Shown: positions 11,203 through 19,703, counted from the first letter of the stretch. The stretch: DNA of 59,873 nt from Natronospiraceae bacterium (GCA_007133205.1 SLND01000033.1:1-59873), one strand, 5' to 3'. A program made the numbers and translations. Notes: a model not told the origin generated them from the sequence alone.

Positions 11203-11268
11203 GGATTGATCCCGAAGCATTTCATTCCGGAAAGAATGACTACTGCATGTGCCCGGTCAGTCAGCCGC

Positions 11269-11739
11269 CTATTCACGATGGTAGGGATGCCCGGAGCGCA
11301 GACTCCAGGCGCGGTAGAGCTGTTCGGCCACCACCACCCTCACCAGTCCGTGCGGCAGGGTAAGCGGGGACAGGCTCCAGCGGCGTTCGGCCCGCTCCAG
11401 CAGCTCCGGGGCCAGGCCATCGGGCCCGCCGATGACCAGGGCCACGTCCCGGCCCTCCATCAGCCAGTCTCCCAGCCAGTCCGCCAGCCTGCGGGTATCG
11501 ACGGCCTTGCCGCCTTCGTCCAGGACCACCAGGCGCTCGTCCCGGCCGAGGCGACGCTGGATGCGCTCGGCCTCCTCATCCCGGGCCTGCGCCGGATCAC
11601 TCCGCCCGCCACGCCGTCCCGGCGGTATTTCGACCAGTTCCAGGCGGCATTCGCCGGGCAGGCGCCGGGCATATTCGCCATACCCCGCTTCCACCCAGGA
11701 CGGCATCTTCCGTCCCACCGCCAGCAGGCGCAGCTTCAT
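11269..11739 (-). CDS. rlmH: 23S rRNA (pseudouridine1915-N3)-methyltransferase RlmH
   Basis: 156 aa SPOUT protein, MKLRLLAVGRKMP...HGLVRVVVAEQLYRAWS...HPYHRE. Confidence 0.95.
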   Translation of the reverse strand: MKLRLLAVGRKMPSWVEAGYGEYARRLPGECRLELVEIPPGRRGGRSDPAQARDEEAERIQRRLGRDERLVVLDEGGKAVDTRRLADWLGDWLMEGRDVALVIGGPDGLAPELLERAERRWSLSPLTLPHGLVRVVVAEQLYRAWSLRSGHPYHRE

Positions 11740-11753
11740 CGCAGCGTCCCCGG

Positions 11754-12152
11754 CTAACTGCTGCCGGGTGATCCGGAGTCACCACTGGCGACTCGACGCA
11801 ATGGGGTTGGGCGAGCCGCCGGATCGTTTTCCTCCAGGTTCCAGAGTTTTTCCAGATTGTAATGAGCACGCGTTTCCGCGCTCATGACATGGACCACCAC
11901 ACCCCCGAGATCAACCAGGATCCATTCACTGCCCTCCTCGCCCTCGATACCCGCGGGAGCGACACCGGCATTCTTGATCGAGCGGACAAGGTGAGAGGCC
12001 ACGGCGTTGACATGGCGACTGGAGGTACCGGACGCGATGATCATGGTGTCGGTGACGGTGGTCACCTCGCGCACATCCAGGACCGTGAGGTCCCGGGCCT
12101 TCATGTCGTCGAGGGTATCGACGATGAACTGGGTGAGTTCTTCTCCTTGCAT
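11754..12152 (-). CDS. rsfS: Ribosome silencing factor RsfS
   Basis: 132 aa iojap-like (DMKARDLTVLDV, TDTMIIASGTSSRHV, YNLEKLW). Conserved nadD-rsfS-rlmH order. Confidence 0.93.
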   Translation of the reverse strand: MQGEELTQFIVDTLDDMKARDLTVLDVREVTTVTDTMIIASGTSSRHVNAVASHLVRSIKNAGVAPAGIEGEEGSEWILVDLGGVVVHVMSAETRAHYNLEKLWNLEENDPAARPTPLRRVASGDSGSPGSS

Positions 12153-12161
12153 GTGCAGGAC

Positions 12162-12848
12162 TCAACCTCCTTCCCGGCTGACCCGGGCATATGAACGCAC
12201 GGGATTGCGTGCGTAATAGGGACTGGTTTCAATCATCCGTACCACCGGGTCCGGCGTCAGGTATCGCACCGATCCGTCCCGGTCCAGGATTTCGCGAATG
12301 GTGGTCGAGGCAATCTCGAGCTGGGTGACCTGCTGGGTAAAGATACGCCCGGCAGGCGCGGAATGCAGGTCCTCCACCCGATCCGTCCAGGCCCGGTTCA
12401 GGACATCCTTGAGCTCCGGATTTGGCGCCAGGTCCCAGCCGGGTCGGTGCGCCACGGTGATATGGGCGTGATCGAGCAATTGTTCCCAGCGATCCCAGCG
12501 GGGCAGGCCCATGAAGGCATCGCTGCCGAGAATCAGGCAGAGGGGTCGGTCGGGCCAATCGGCGCGAAAATCGATCAGGGTATCGAGCGTGAAGGACGGT
12601 CCGGGACGGCGCATTTCCCGATCGTCCACCGTCAGTCCGGGCTGATCGTGGACTGCGGCCCGCGCGAGCTCCAGGCGGAATGGCGCCGGCGCCATCGGCC
12701 GCCCGCGATGCGGCGGGTCGGCACAGGGCACAATGCGCACCTCCGCCAGCGCCAGCAGCTCCAGGAGCTCCAGCGCGGGACGCAGATGGCCGTGATGAAT
12801 GGGATCGAACGTGCCCCCGAAAATTCCGATCGGCTTCATGCGGGGCAC
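12162..12848 (-). CDS. nadD: Nicotinate-nucleotide adenylyltransferase
   Basis: GIFGGTFDPIHHGHL (HxGH) motif, 228 aa. Start is 12848 or 12839. Confidence 0.93.
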   Translation of the reverse strand: MPRMKPIGIFGGTFDPIHHGHLRPALELLELLALAEVRIVPCADPPHRGRPMAPAPFRLELARAAVHDQPGLTVDDREMRRPGPSFTLDTLIDFRADWPDRPLCLILGSDAFMGLPRWDRWEQLLDHAHITVAHRPGWDLAPNPELKDVLNRAWTDRVEDLHSAPAGRIFTQQVTQLEIASTTIREILDRDGSVRYLTPDPVVRMIETSPYYARNPVRSYARVSREGG

Positions 12849-12913
12849 GCGCCTGAGCTGGCTGCACGTTTCGCTGCACGATTCATGGCAATAGTGTGAC
12901 CCAATCCGCAGCC

Positions 12914-12935
12914 CACGTCATCCGTCACGTCATCC
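12914..12935. repeat. Two tandem copies of CACGTCATCC (12-nt period) in the nadD/dgcN divergent intergenic region
   Basis: cacgtcatcc at 12914-12923 and 12926-12935. Contains ACGTCA cores. Possible transcription-factor site. Confidence 0.3.
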
Positions 12936-13078
12936 ATCCGTATGGACGCGGGACGCTTGTGATGGCCACCGTGGCGGAACCCTGCGTGCTCCGATGCCAC
13001 CCCGGCACAGTTTCCCAACGCCTGGCCAGTGTGTAGGATTTCGCTTCCCGCAAGGAGACTGACCAGGAGGCGAATTGC

Positions 13079-14146
13079 ATGCCGAGCGACGCCATCGTTC
13101 TCGCCAATGGCGCCTATGACAGTGCCCACGGCAAGGTCGCACACGGACTGGTGCGCGGCAGCGACCGCTTCCGGATCCATGCGGTGGTGGATCCGGCCAG
13201 CGCGGGCCGGGATGCAGGCGAGATCCTGAACGGCGAAAAGCGCGGCATCCCGGTAGTGCGCTCGATCCCCGAGGCGCTGGATGCCTGTACCGCGCCCCCC
13301 GCCTGGGCCATCGTCGGAATTGCCCCTCACGGAGGTCGTTTCACCGATGAACTGCGCAAGGCGGCACTCGGTGCCCTGCATTCAAAGATGAACCTGGTCA
13401 GCGGACTGCACGACTGGGCGGGAGACGATCCCGACCTGGTGGCGGCAGCTGAGGACAACGGCGTCGAGATCATAGACCTGCGCAAGCCGCCTCCCATCCA
13501 TCGCCTGCATTTCTGGAGCGGCGAAGTGCGGCAACTGTCCGCGCCGCGGGTGGCCGTGCTGGGCCTGGATTGCGCCATCGGCAAGCGGACCACCACCCGC
13601 CTGCTGACCCGTGGACTGCGGGAACGGGGGCGCCGGGCGGAGATGATCTACACCGGACAGACCGGCTGGCTGCAGGGCAGCCGTTTCGGCTTCGTGCTCG
13701 ATGCCACGCCCAATGACTATGTCAGCGGGGAACTGGAGCACGCCATCCTGCAGTGTGCGCGGGAAGCGGACCCGGAAGTGATGCTGCTCGAGGGGCAATC
13801 CGCCCTGCGCAACCCCAGCGGTCCCTGCGGAGCCGAGTTTCTGCTCTCCGGTGGTGCCGACAGCGTGGTCCTGCAGACCGACCCGGAACGCGAGTATTTC
13901 GAAGGCATGGCAGAAGCCGGCTACCGCCTGCCGAAGGTGAGCGATGAGATCGCTCTGATCAGGGCCTATGGCGCGCGAACCATTGCCGTCACCCTGCGCG
14001 GCAATCCGGACACGCCGGCGGTGGCCAGAGCGCAGGAGCAACTGTCGCGGGAACTGGATATCCCGGTGCTCTGCCCGCTGCACGATCCCCTGGACCCGAT
14101 CCTGGATGCGATCGAGCAGCGAGTGAGACGGGGAGCGGACTCGTGA
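13079..14146 (+). CDS. dgcN: DUF1611-family protein (DgcN-type N-acetyltransferase of D-glutamate catabolism)
   Basis: 355 aa. AIVLANGAYDSAHGKVAHGLVR, IVGIAPHGG, GLDCAIGKRTT and LLEGQSALRNP match the DUF1611 architecture. AGGAGG lies upstream. Coupled to an enolase-superfamily racemase. Confidence 0.8.
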   Translation: MPSDAIVLANGAYDSAHGKVAHGLVRGSDRFRIHAVVDPASAGRDAGEILNGEKRGIPVVRSIPEALDACTAPPAWAIVGIAPHGGRFTDELRKAALGALHSKMNLVSGLHDWAGDDPDLVAAAEDNGVEIIDLRKPPPIHRLHFWSGEVRQLSAPRVAVLGLDCAIGKRTTTRLLTRGLRERGRRAEMIYTGQTGWLQGSRFGFVLDATPNDYVSGELEHAILQCAREADPEVMLLEGQSALRNPSGPCGAEFLLSGGADSVVLQTDPEREYFEGMAEAGYRLPKVSDEIALIRAYGARTIAVTLRGNPDTPAVARAQEQLSRELDIPVLCPLHDPLDPILDAIEQRVRRGADS

Positions 14147-15207
14147 AACTGGTCCGCGTCGAAAGCTGGCGGGAGGAGATTCCCCTGACCCGTCCCTACG
14201 AGATCGCCTTTCGCCGTACCGACAGCGTCGGCAACTGTTTCGTTCGCCTGGTGCCGGACCGGGGGGCGCCGGGTCTGGGCTGCGCGGCACCCGAGCACCA
14301 TGTGACCGGAGAGACCCTGGATGAATGCGAGGCGGCACTGGAGCCGGGTGGCCTGGATTTCCTGATCGGCGGCGACCCGCGTGAACGCAACCACCTCGCG
14401 CGGCTGCTCGAGGGCCACCTGCCGGATACCCCGGCGGCCCGGGCGGCCCTGGACATGGCCCTGCACGACCTGCTCGCCCGTCACCTGGAGCTGCCGCTGG
14501 TGCGCCTGCTGGGCCAGGCGCACGAGGCCCTGCCGACCTCCATCACCATCGGCATCATGGGCGTGGAGGATAGCCTGGAGGAGGCGGAAGAATACCTTGG
14601 CCGGGGCTTTCGCCATCTCAAGATCAAGACCGGGCGCGATCCTGATGAAGACATCGAGCGCATTCGCAGGCTGCATGAGCGATTCGGCAAGACAGCAAGA
14701 ATGCGGGTGGATGCCAATCAGGGCTACGACGCCGAACAGCTGGCCCGCTTCCTCGAGACCACCGCAGCCGCCGATCTCGAATTCGTGGAGCAACCCCTGC
14801 CCGCGGATACCGACCTGCGCAAGCTGCCCAGGGCGACCCGAGACCGGATCGCGGCGGATGAATCCCTGCTCTCGCCACTTGATGCGCTCGAACTCGCCGC
14901 GCCGCCGAGGGCGGCGGGGATCTTCAACATCAAGCTGATGAAATGCGGCGGACCGAGCCCGGCATTGCGGATTGCCGACATTGCCGATCTGGCCGACATT
15001 CAACTCATGTGGGGCTGCATGGATGAGTCACGGCTCAGCATCAGCGCCGCCCTGCACACCGCCCTCGCCTGTCCGGCGACCCGCTATCTCGACCTGGACG
15101 GTCACCTGGATCTCGCCCGCGATCCCGCGGCCGGTGGCTTTCACATCGAGCAGGGCCGGATGATGCCGGGAACCGAGCCCGGGCTGGGCATCACCCTGCG
15201 CGATTAG
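14143..15207 (+). CDS. dgcA: Enolase-superfamily dipeptide-epimerase-like racemase (DgcA-type)
   Basis: GTG start overlaps the dgcN stop by 4 nt. Motifs are KIKTG (KxK), RVDANQGY, FVEQP, AADES and IKLMKCGG. Gene name inferred from pairing with DUF1611. Confidence 0.78.
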   Translation: MKLVRVESWREEIPLTRPYEIAFRRTDSVGNCFVRLVPDRGAPGLGCAAPEHHVTGETLDECEAALEPGGLDFLIGGDPRERNHLARLLEGHLPDTPAARAALDMALHDLLARHLELPLVRLLGQAHEALPTSITIGIMGVEDSLEEAEEYLGRGFRHLKIKTGRDPDEDIERIRRLHERFGKTARMRVDANQGYDAEQLARFLETTAAADLEFVEQPLPADTDLRKLPRATRDRIAADESLLSPLDALELAAPPRAAGIFNIKLMKCGGPSPALRIADIADLADIQLMWGCMDESRLSISAALHTALACPATRYLDLDGHLDLARDPAAGGFHIEQGRMMPGTEPGLGITLRD

Positions 15208-15227
15208 CCGATAACTTCAGGGTGGGG

Positions 15228-15533
15228 GGGGCTTCGATCCAAAGCCTATTTGGAACACGAAGTTCACGAAGGAAAAGGATCAAGATCACGAAGAGGTTTT
15301 CTGGGCGGGATTGTTGAACACGGAGAGCACGGAGGAGACACGGAGAACACGGAGGGTCTGGTTTTACAAATCACATACTCCGTGCGCTCCGTGAATTCTC
15401 CGTGTACTCCGTGTCCAATATCCCCCGCCAGAGCGAAGCCCCAAAATTGCAATCATTAGCATCCAGCTCAATTGAGGCCCGCCCATTACTGTCTGTTCTT
15501 CGTGTTCCAAAAAAGCGTCCGGATCGAAGCCCC
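15228..15533. repeat. Nested palindromic heptad-array repeat element (family copy A)
   Basis: Outer arms are GGGGCTTCGATCC (15228-15240) and GGATCGAAGCCCC (15521-15533). Second tier is GGAACACGAAG (15252-15262) and CTTCGTGTTCC (15498-15508). The core has 4x CACGGAG (15319, 15328, 15339, 15348) facing 4x CTCCGTG (15378, 15387, 15398, 15407). Confidence 0.8.
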
Positions 15534-17948
15534 TCACTCGCCGCCATCTTCTCCGTTTTCGTTATCTCCCCCGTCCTCGGCATGCTTGAGACGGGCATAG
15601 CGAATCAGGGTCTGTTCGACACGACCGTTCACGCTGGTTTTCGGATAGCTCCCGTCACGGCGACGCTTGCCGGCTCGGCGCCCGGTCAGCAACTCCATTG
15701 CCTGATCCACGGTGGCGACGGGATAGACATGGAAGAGACCGGCTTCGGCGGCTTCACGCACATGACGATCAAGCATCAGGTCGGCCGCATTGGATTCGGG
15801 AATGATCACCCCGTGGCTGCCGTCCAGGCCGCGATCCCGGCATACCTTGTAGAAGCCTTCGACCTTTTCGTTGACACCGCCCACCGCCTGGACTTCACCC
15901 TTCTGGTTCACCGCCCCGGTCACGGCGAGGCTCTGACGGATACCGACTCCGGCCAGTTCCGATAGCAGAGCGCAGAGTTCGGCGAGCGATGCCGAGTCGC
16001 CATCCACTTCTCCATAAGCCTGTTCGAAGACGAGGGTCGCGTTCACCGACAGGCTGTGCTCGCGCGCATAATGGCCGCCGAGAAAGCCGCTCAGGATCAG
16101 CACGCCCTTGGAATGGATGGGGCCACCCAGTTCCACTTCCCGCTCGATATCCACCACATGGCCTGAGCCGAGACGGGTGGTGGCGGTAATGCGTACCGGA
16201 CGGCCAAAACTGTAACTGCCCAGCTGCATCACGGTGAGCGCATTGATCTGGCCGCTTTCGGTGCCGGTGGTATCGAGCAACAAGCTGCCGCGTTCGAACT
16301 CCCGATCCATGCGCTCTTCCACCCGCCGGGCACGATAGATCTGCTGATCGATGGCTTTCTGTACATGCGGGAGGTCAATCACCGGGGCATTGGCATCCTC
16401 CGCCCAGTGATTGGACTCGCGCAGCAGATCGGCGACCCGTCCGGCATGGGCGGAAAGCCATTCCCGATCCTCGGCCAGGCGGCTGCCGTGTTCGATCACC
16501 CGGGCCACCGCACTGCGATGCAGGGGGCGCAGTTCTTCGCGTTCGGCAATCGAGGCGATCAGGCGGGCATAGAGGCGACCATTTTCCCGATTGCGCGGCA
16601 AGTCATCCTCGAAATCGGCCTGAACCTTGAACAGTTCGGCGAACTCCGGATCGTACTCCGCGAGCAGATAGTAGATCATTCGATCACCCAGCAGGATGAC
16701 CTTGATGTCCAGCGGCATGGGTTCCGGTTCGAGTGACACGGTACTCAGCGAGGCGTACATCTGCTCGAGGGATTCAATGCGTACCTCGCGGGCATAAAGG
16801 GCACGCTTGAGGCTTTCCCAGGCAAAGGGCTGGCTCAACACCTTCTCGGCATCGAGCAGCAGATACCCCCCGTTGGCCCGGTGCAGGGCCCCGGCCCGGA
16901 TCAGGGAAAAATCCGTGACCAGCGCACCCTGGCGCACCTTGTGCTCGACCCGGCCAATCAGGTGCTGGTGGGTGGGGAAGTCATGGTAGTGAATCGGTGC
17001 CCCCCGGGATTCACTGTTGTCCACCAGCACCAGGACCCGATAGCGCGGCAACAGGGTTTCAAAATGAGCACGGGATTCGCCGTCCTCGTCGTCGGCCAGT
17101 CGCGCAATCAGGGCCTGGTTCTCGACCAGGTCATTGCCGACCGCATCCACATGCGCACGGACCTGTGCATCGTCGTCATGGGCCTGGGCCACCTCGGCAA
17201 GAATGGCATCCGCGCCTTCCCGGATGGTGGCCTCGTTGAGCTGGCGAATGCGTTCCTGCATCTCGGTGCGCCAGCCCGGAAACTGACCGGCCACCTCCTG
17301 CAGGCGTGCCTGCAGGGCCTCGATCCGCTCCTCAAAGGCTTCCCGCTGATCACGCGGCAGGCTGTGAAAGGCCTCCGGCTCCATCACCTCGCCATTGCTG
17401 CGCGGGGCGAAGGACATCTCGTGCTGGGTCTGGATGAGCGCGATGTCGTACTGCTCGGCCTCGTCCTCGATCGCCTTGACCGCCTCCTGCTGACGCTTCT
17501 GGTATTCCTGCTTTATGGCATTGAGATACTGCTGGTACTTCTCATCCTCGAAACAGGTCGACAGGGCGCTTTTCAGCCGTTCGATGGCCCGGTCCATTTC
17601 CTGGCGAAAACGGGCACCCTGGCCACAGGCCAGGCGGACCAGCCTGGGACGATTCGGATCCTGGAAGTTGTGTACATAGCACCAGTCGGGTGGCGCCTCG
17701 GCGCGCGCGGCCTTGTCGCGCAGGAAATTGCGCACCACGGTCTTCTTGCCCACACCGTTCGGCCCGAGCACGAAGATGTTGTAGCCACGACTGCGGATCC
17801 CGGTCCCGAAGGCCAGCGAATCGATGGCGCGTTGCTGGCCGACAATGCCTTCCACACCCGCGATTTCCGACGTGGTCTCGAAATCGAGCTGCCGGGGGTC
17901 AAAGTGCTTGTACAGCTCCCCGGGTTCCAGTGGGCGTGCAACGGGCAT
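15534..17948 (-). CDS. Lon-related AAA+ ATP-dependent protease (COG1067-type, stand-alone)
   Basis: 804 aa. Walker A GPNGVGKKT. C-terminal Lon S16 domain with GDSASLAE (catalytic Ser) and GGVNEKVEGF (Lys). Confidence 0.85.
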   Translation of the reverse strand: MPVARPLEPGELYKHFDPRQLDFETTSEIAGVEGIVGQQRAIDSLAFGTGIRSRGYNIFVLGPNGVGKKTVVRNFLRDKAARAEAPPDWCYVHNFQDPNRPRLVRLACGQGARFRQEMDRAIERLKSALSTCFEDEKYQQYLNAIKQEYQKRQQEAVKAIEDEAEQYDIALIQTQHEMSFAPRSNGEVMEPEAFHSLPRDQREAFEERIEALQARLQEVAGQFPGWRTEMQERIRQLNEATIREGADAILAEVAQAHDDDAQVRAHVDAVGNDLVENQALIARLADDEDGESRAHFETLLPRYRVLVLVDNSESRGAPIHYHDFPTHQHLIGRVEHKVRQGALVTDFSLIRAGALHRANGGYLLLDAEKVLSQPFAWESLKRALYAREVRIESLEQMYASLSTVSLEPEPMPLDIKVILLGDRMIYYLLAEYDPEFAELFKVQADFEDDLPRNRENGRLYARLIASIAEREELRPLHRSAVARVIEHGSRLAEDREWLSAHAGRVADLLRESNHWAEDANAPVIDLPHVQKAIDQQIYRARRVEERMDREFERGSLLLDTTGTESGQINALTVMQLGSYSFGRPVRITATTRLGSGHVVDIEREVELGGPIHSKGVLILSGFLGGHYAREHSLSVNATLVFEQAYGEVDGDSASLAELCALLSELAGVGIRQSLAVTGAVNQKGEVQAVGGVNEKVEGFYKVCRDRGLDGSHGVIIPESNAADLMLDRHVREAAEAGLFHVYPVATVDQAMELLTGRRAGKRRRDGSYPKTSVNGRVEQTLIRYARLKHAEDGGDNENGEDGGE

Positions 17949-18067
17949 GACGTCTCCTCAACGGTTGCGTGCAATGAAGGTATGAGACCGGAAAGGCGCA
18001 ACAAGATACCATGCGCCGCTCCGGCGGGCCGCCCCAAAGTCCGCGGCAGAGTTCGTACAATGGTCCC

Positions 18068-19144
18068 ATGAGCAGACAGCCTCAGTTCATTGATGCCCTC
18101 GTGGTCGGCCAGGGTCTGGCCGGCAGCCTGGTGGCCTGGGAACTTATTCGCCGCCAGCGGCGGGTCGTGGTGGTGGAACCCGGCCGCCCGGATGCCGCTT
18201 CCCGGGTCGCGGGGGGCATCATCAGCCCGGTCACCGGCCCGCGCTTCAGTCGCCCGCCGGAGCTGGAACGCCTGATCAGTGACGCCACCGACCTCTACGG
18301 CGAAATCGAAGACTGCTTCCGCTTCGTTGTCTTTCGCCAGACCACCATTCATCGGGTGCTGCGGGACGACCTGGAAGTGGCGCAGGCCACCAAACGTCAC
18401 GAGGACCCCAAGTACGCCCCTTATCTGAGTGAGCTTCAGCCGAGCGGGAGCCTCGGGCCCGCGATTCATGACCCGCGAGGCAGCGTCCAGGTGCGCGGTG
18501 CCCGCCTGTCCCCCGGGCGACTGCTGGACCGGCTGCGGGATTTCTTCCGTGACACCGCGCGCCTGGTGGAAATGCCCTTCTCCGCGAAGGACCTCGTCCT
18601 GCGCGGCAACCGCCCCGAATGGCGGGGCTACCGTCCGCGCCACGTGATCTTCTGCGAGGGCTGGCAGGTACGGGAAAACCCCTGGTTCCACTGGGCACCG
18701 GTACGCCCGAGCAAGGGGGAAACCCTGACGGTGGAGATCGATGGCGAGTTGCCCGAGGGCATCCTCAACGCCGGCCACTGGCTGATTCCCCTGGGGGAAA
18801 ACTGGTACCGCCTGGGGGCAACCTTCCGCCGGGATGAGACCGACTGCGAACCCACCGAGGCGGGTCGTCGGGAATTGCTGGAGGCCGCCCGCGGGATGCT
18901 TGCCACCTCCGACACCATCCGGGTGATTCAGCATGACGCCGGGGTGCGTCCGGGCAAGACCGACAAGTATCCGGTCCTTGGCCGTCACCCGGACCATCCG
19001 CAACTGGCCCTGCTCAACGGTCTCGGTTCGCGCGGGGCATTACTGGCCCCGCATTACGCGCGCCTGCTGGCCGATCACCTGGAGAAGGCCAGCCCCATCC
19101 CCCAGGCCGCCGATATTCGATCCTGGCATGCCAAGGCTTCCTGA
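18068..19144 (+). CDS. FAD-dependent oxidoreductase (DAO family)
   Basis: Start chosen at MSRQPQFIDALVVGQGLAGSLVAWEL (GxGxxG dinucleotide fold). VRPSKGETL and NGLGSRG are DAO-family motifs. Confidence 0.85.
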   Translation: MSRQPQFIDALVVGQGLAGSLVAWELIRRQRRVVVVEPGRPDAASRVAGGIISPVTGPRFSRPPELERLISDATDLYGEIEDCFRFVVFRQTTIHRVLRDDLEVAQATKRHEDPKYAPYLSELQPSGSLGPAIHDPRGSVQVRGARLSPGRLLDRLRDFFRDTARLVEMPFSAKDLVLRGNRPEWRGYRPRHVIFCEGWQVRENPWFHWAPVRPSKGETLTVEIDGELPEGILNAGHWLIPLGENWYRLGATFRRDETDCEPTEAGRRELLEAARGMLATSDTIRVIQHDAGVRPGKTDKYPVLGRHPDHPQLALLNGLGSRGALLAPHYARLLADHLEKASPIPQAADIRSWHAKAS

Positions 19145-19703
19145 GTCCGGCTGCCGGAAACCACTGACGCAATGCGCCCATGAACGGGTCGCGGCCTTGC
19201 TCGGGGAAGGCGACCTGGCGGTGGATGCCACCGCCGGCAATGGTCACGACACCCTGTTCCTGGCCCGAGGCGTCGGCGGGGACGGACATGTCTGGGCCTT
19301 CGATATCCAGCAACAGGCAATCGACGCCTGCCGGACACGCCTGTCGGAGGCCGGACTGGCCGAGCGTGTCAGCCTGATCCGCGACGGGCACCAATTCATG
19401 CCTCAGTACCTGCCCGAGACGGCAAGGGGACAAATCCGCGTCGTGATGTTCAACCTCGGTTATCTGCCCGGTTCGGACAAGGCCGTGACCACGACAGCCG
19501 AGACCACCCTCAAGGCCCTGGATGCGGCCGCGGCCTTGCTCTCGCGTGAGGGCCTGTTGAGCGTGCTGGTCTACCGCGGACACGACGGGGGCGAGCAGGA
19601 AGCCCAAGCGGTGGCGGAATGGATGAGGCGCCGGCCCCGTGTGGATCGGATCGGGGGTCGTGGCGACGGCGATCCGATCCTGTATTTGCTTCGGCGCCCC
19701 TGA
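19128..19703 (+). CDS. Class I SAM-dependent methyltransferase, YtqB/MnmM-like
   Basis: ATG at 19128 overlaps the upstream oxidoreductase stop by 17 nt. Motifs are AVDATAGNGHDTLFLA (SAM motif I), VWAFDIQ, VMFNLGYLPGSDK and LSVLVYRGHDGG. The 5' part of track ORF 18933..19703 is out-of-frame overlap. Confidence 0.78.
   Translation: MPRLPESGCRKPLTQCAHERVAALLGEGDLAVDATAGNGHDTLFLARGVGGDGHVWAFDIQQQAIDACRTRLSEAGLAERVSLIRDGHQFMPQYLPETARGQIRVVMFNLGYLPGSDKAVTTTAETTLKALDAAAALLSREGLLSVLVYRGHDGGEQEAQAVAEWMRRRPRVDRIGGRGDGDPILYLLRRP

Noticed and set aside
12836-13381. 181-aa minus-strand ORF spanning the nadD/dgcN intergenic region
   Set aside because: It overlaps the dgcN 5' end antisense. No RBS and no recognisable fold. 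More likely non-coding promoter DNA.
13382-15003. Minus-strand ORFs 13382..14338 and 13966..15003
   Set aside because: Antisense shadows of dgcN/dgcA, which carry clear family motifs on the + strand.
15319-15413. Possible CRISPR array suggested by regularly spaced short repeats
   Set aside because: The repeat unit is only 7 nt with 2-4-nt spacers. The right half is the reverse complement of the left half, and there are no cas genes. This is palindromic repeat structure, not CRISPR.
15250-15459. ORF MEHEVHEGKGSRS... and its antisense partner 15264..15452
   Set aside because: These are translations of the CACGAAG/CACGGAG heptad repeat, which is a palindromic repeat element and not a gene.
15534-17948. 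BREX or other defence island suggested by the Lon-like (BrxL-like) protease
   Set aside because: No methyltransferase, PglZ, BrxA/B/C or any other defence-associated gene is within reach. The flanks are housekeeping or metabolic genes.
17573-19003. 476-aa minus-strand ORF and 396-aa + strand ORF 16881..18071
   Set aside because: They overlap the Lon-like protease and the FAD oxidoreductase in other frames or strands. No motifs and atypical composition.
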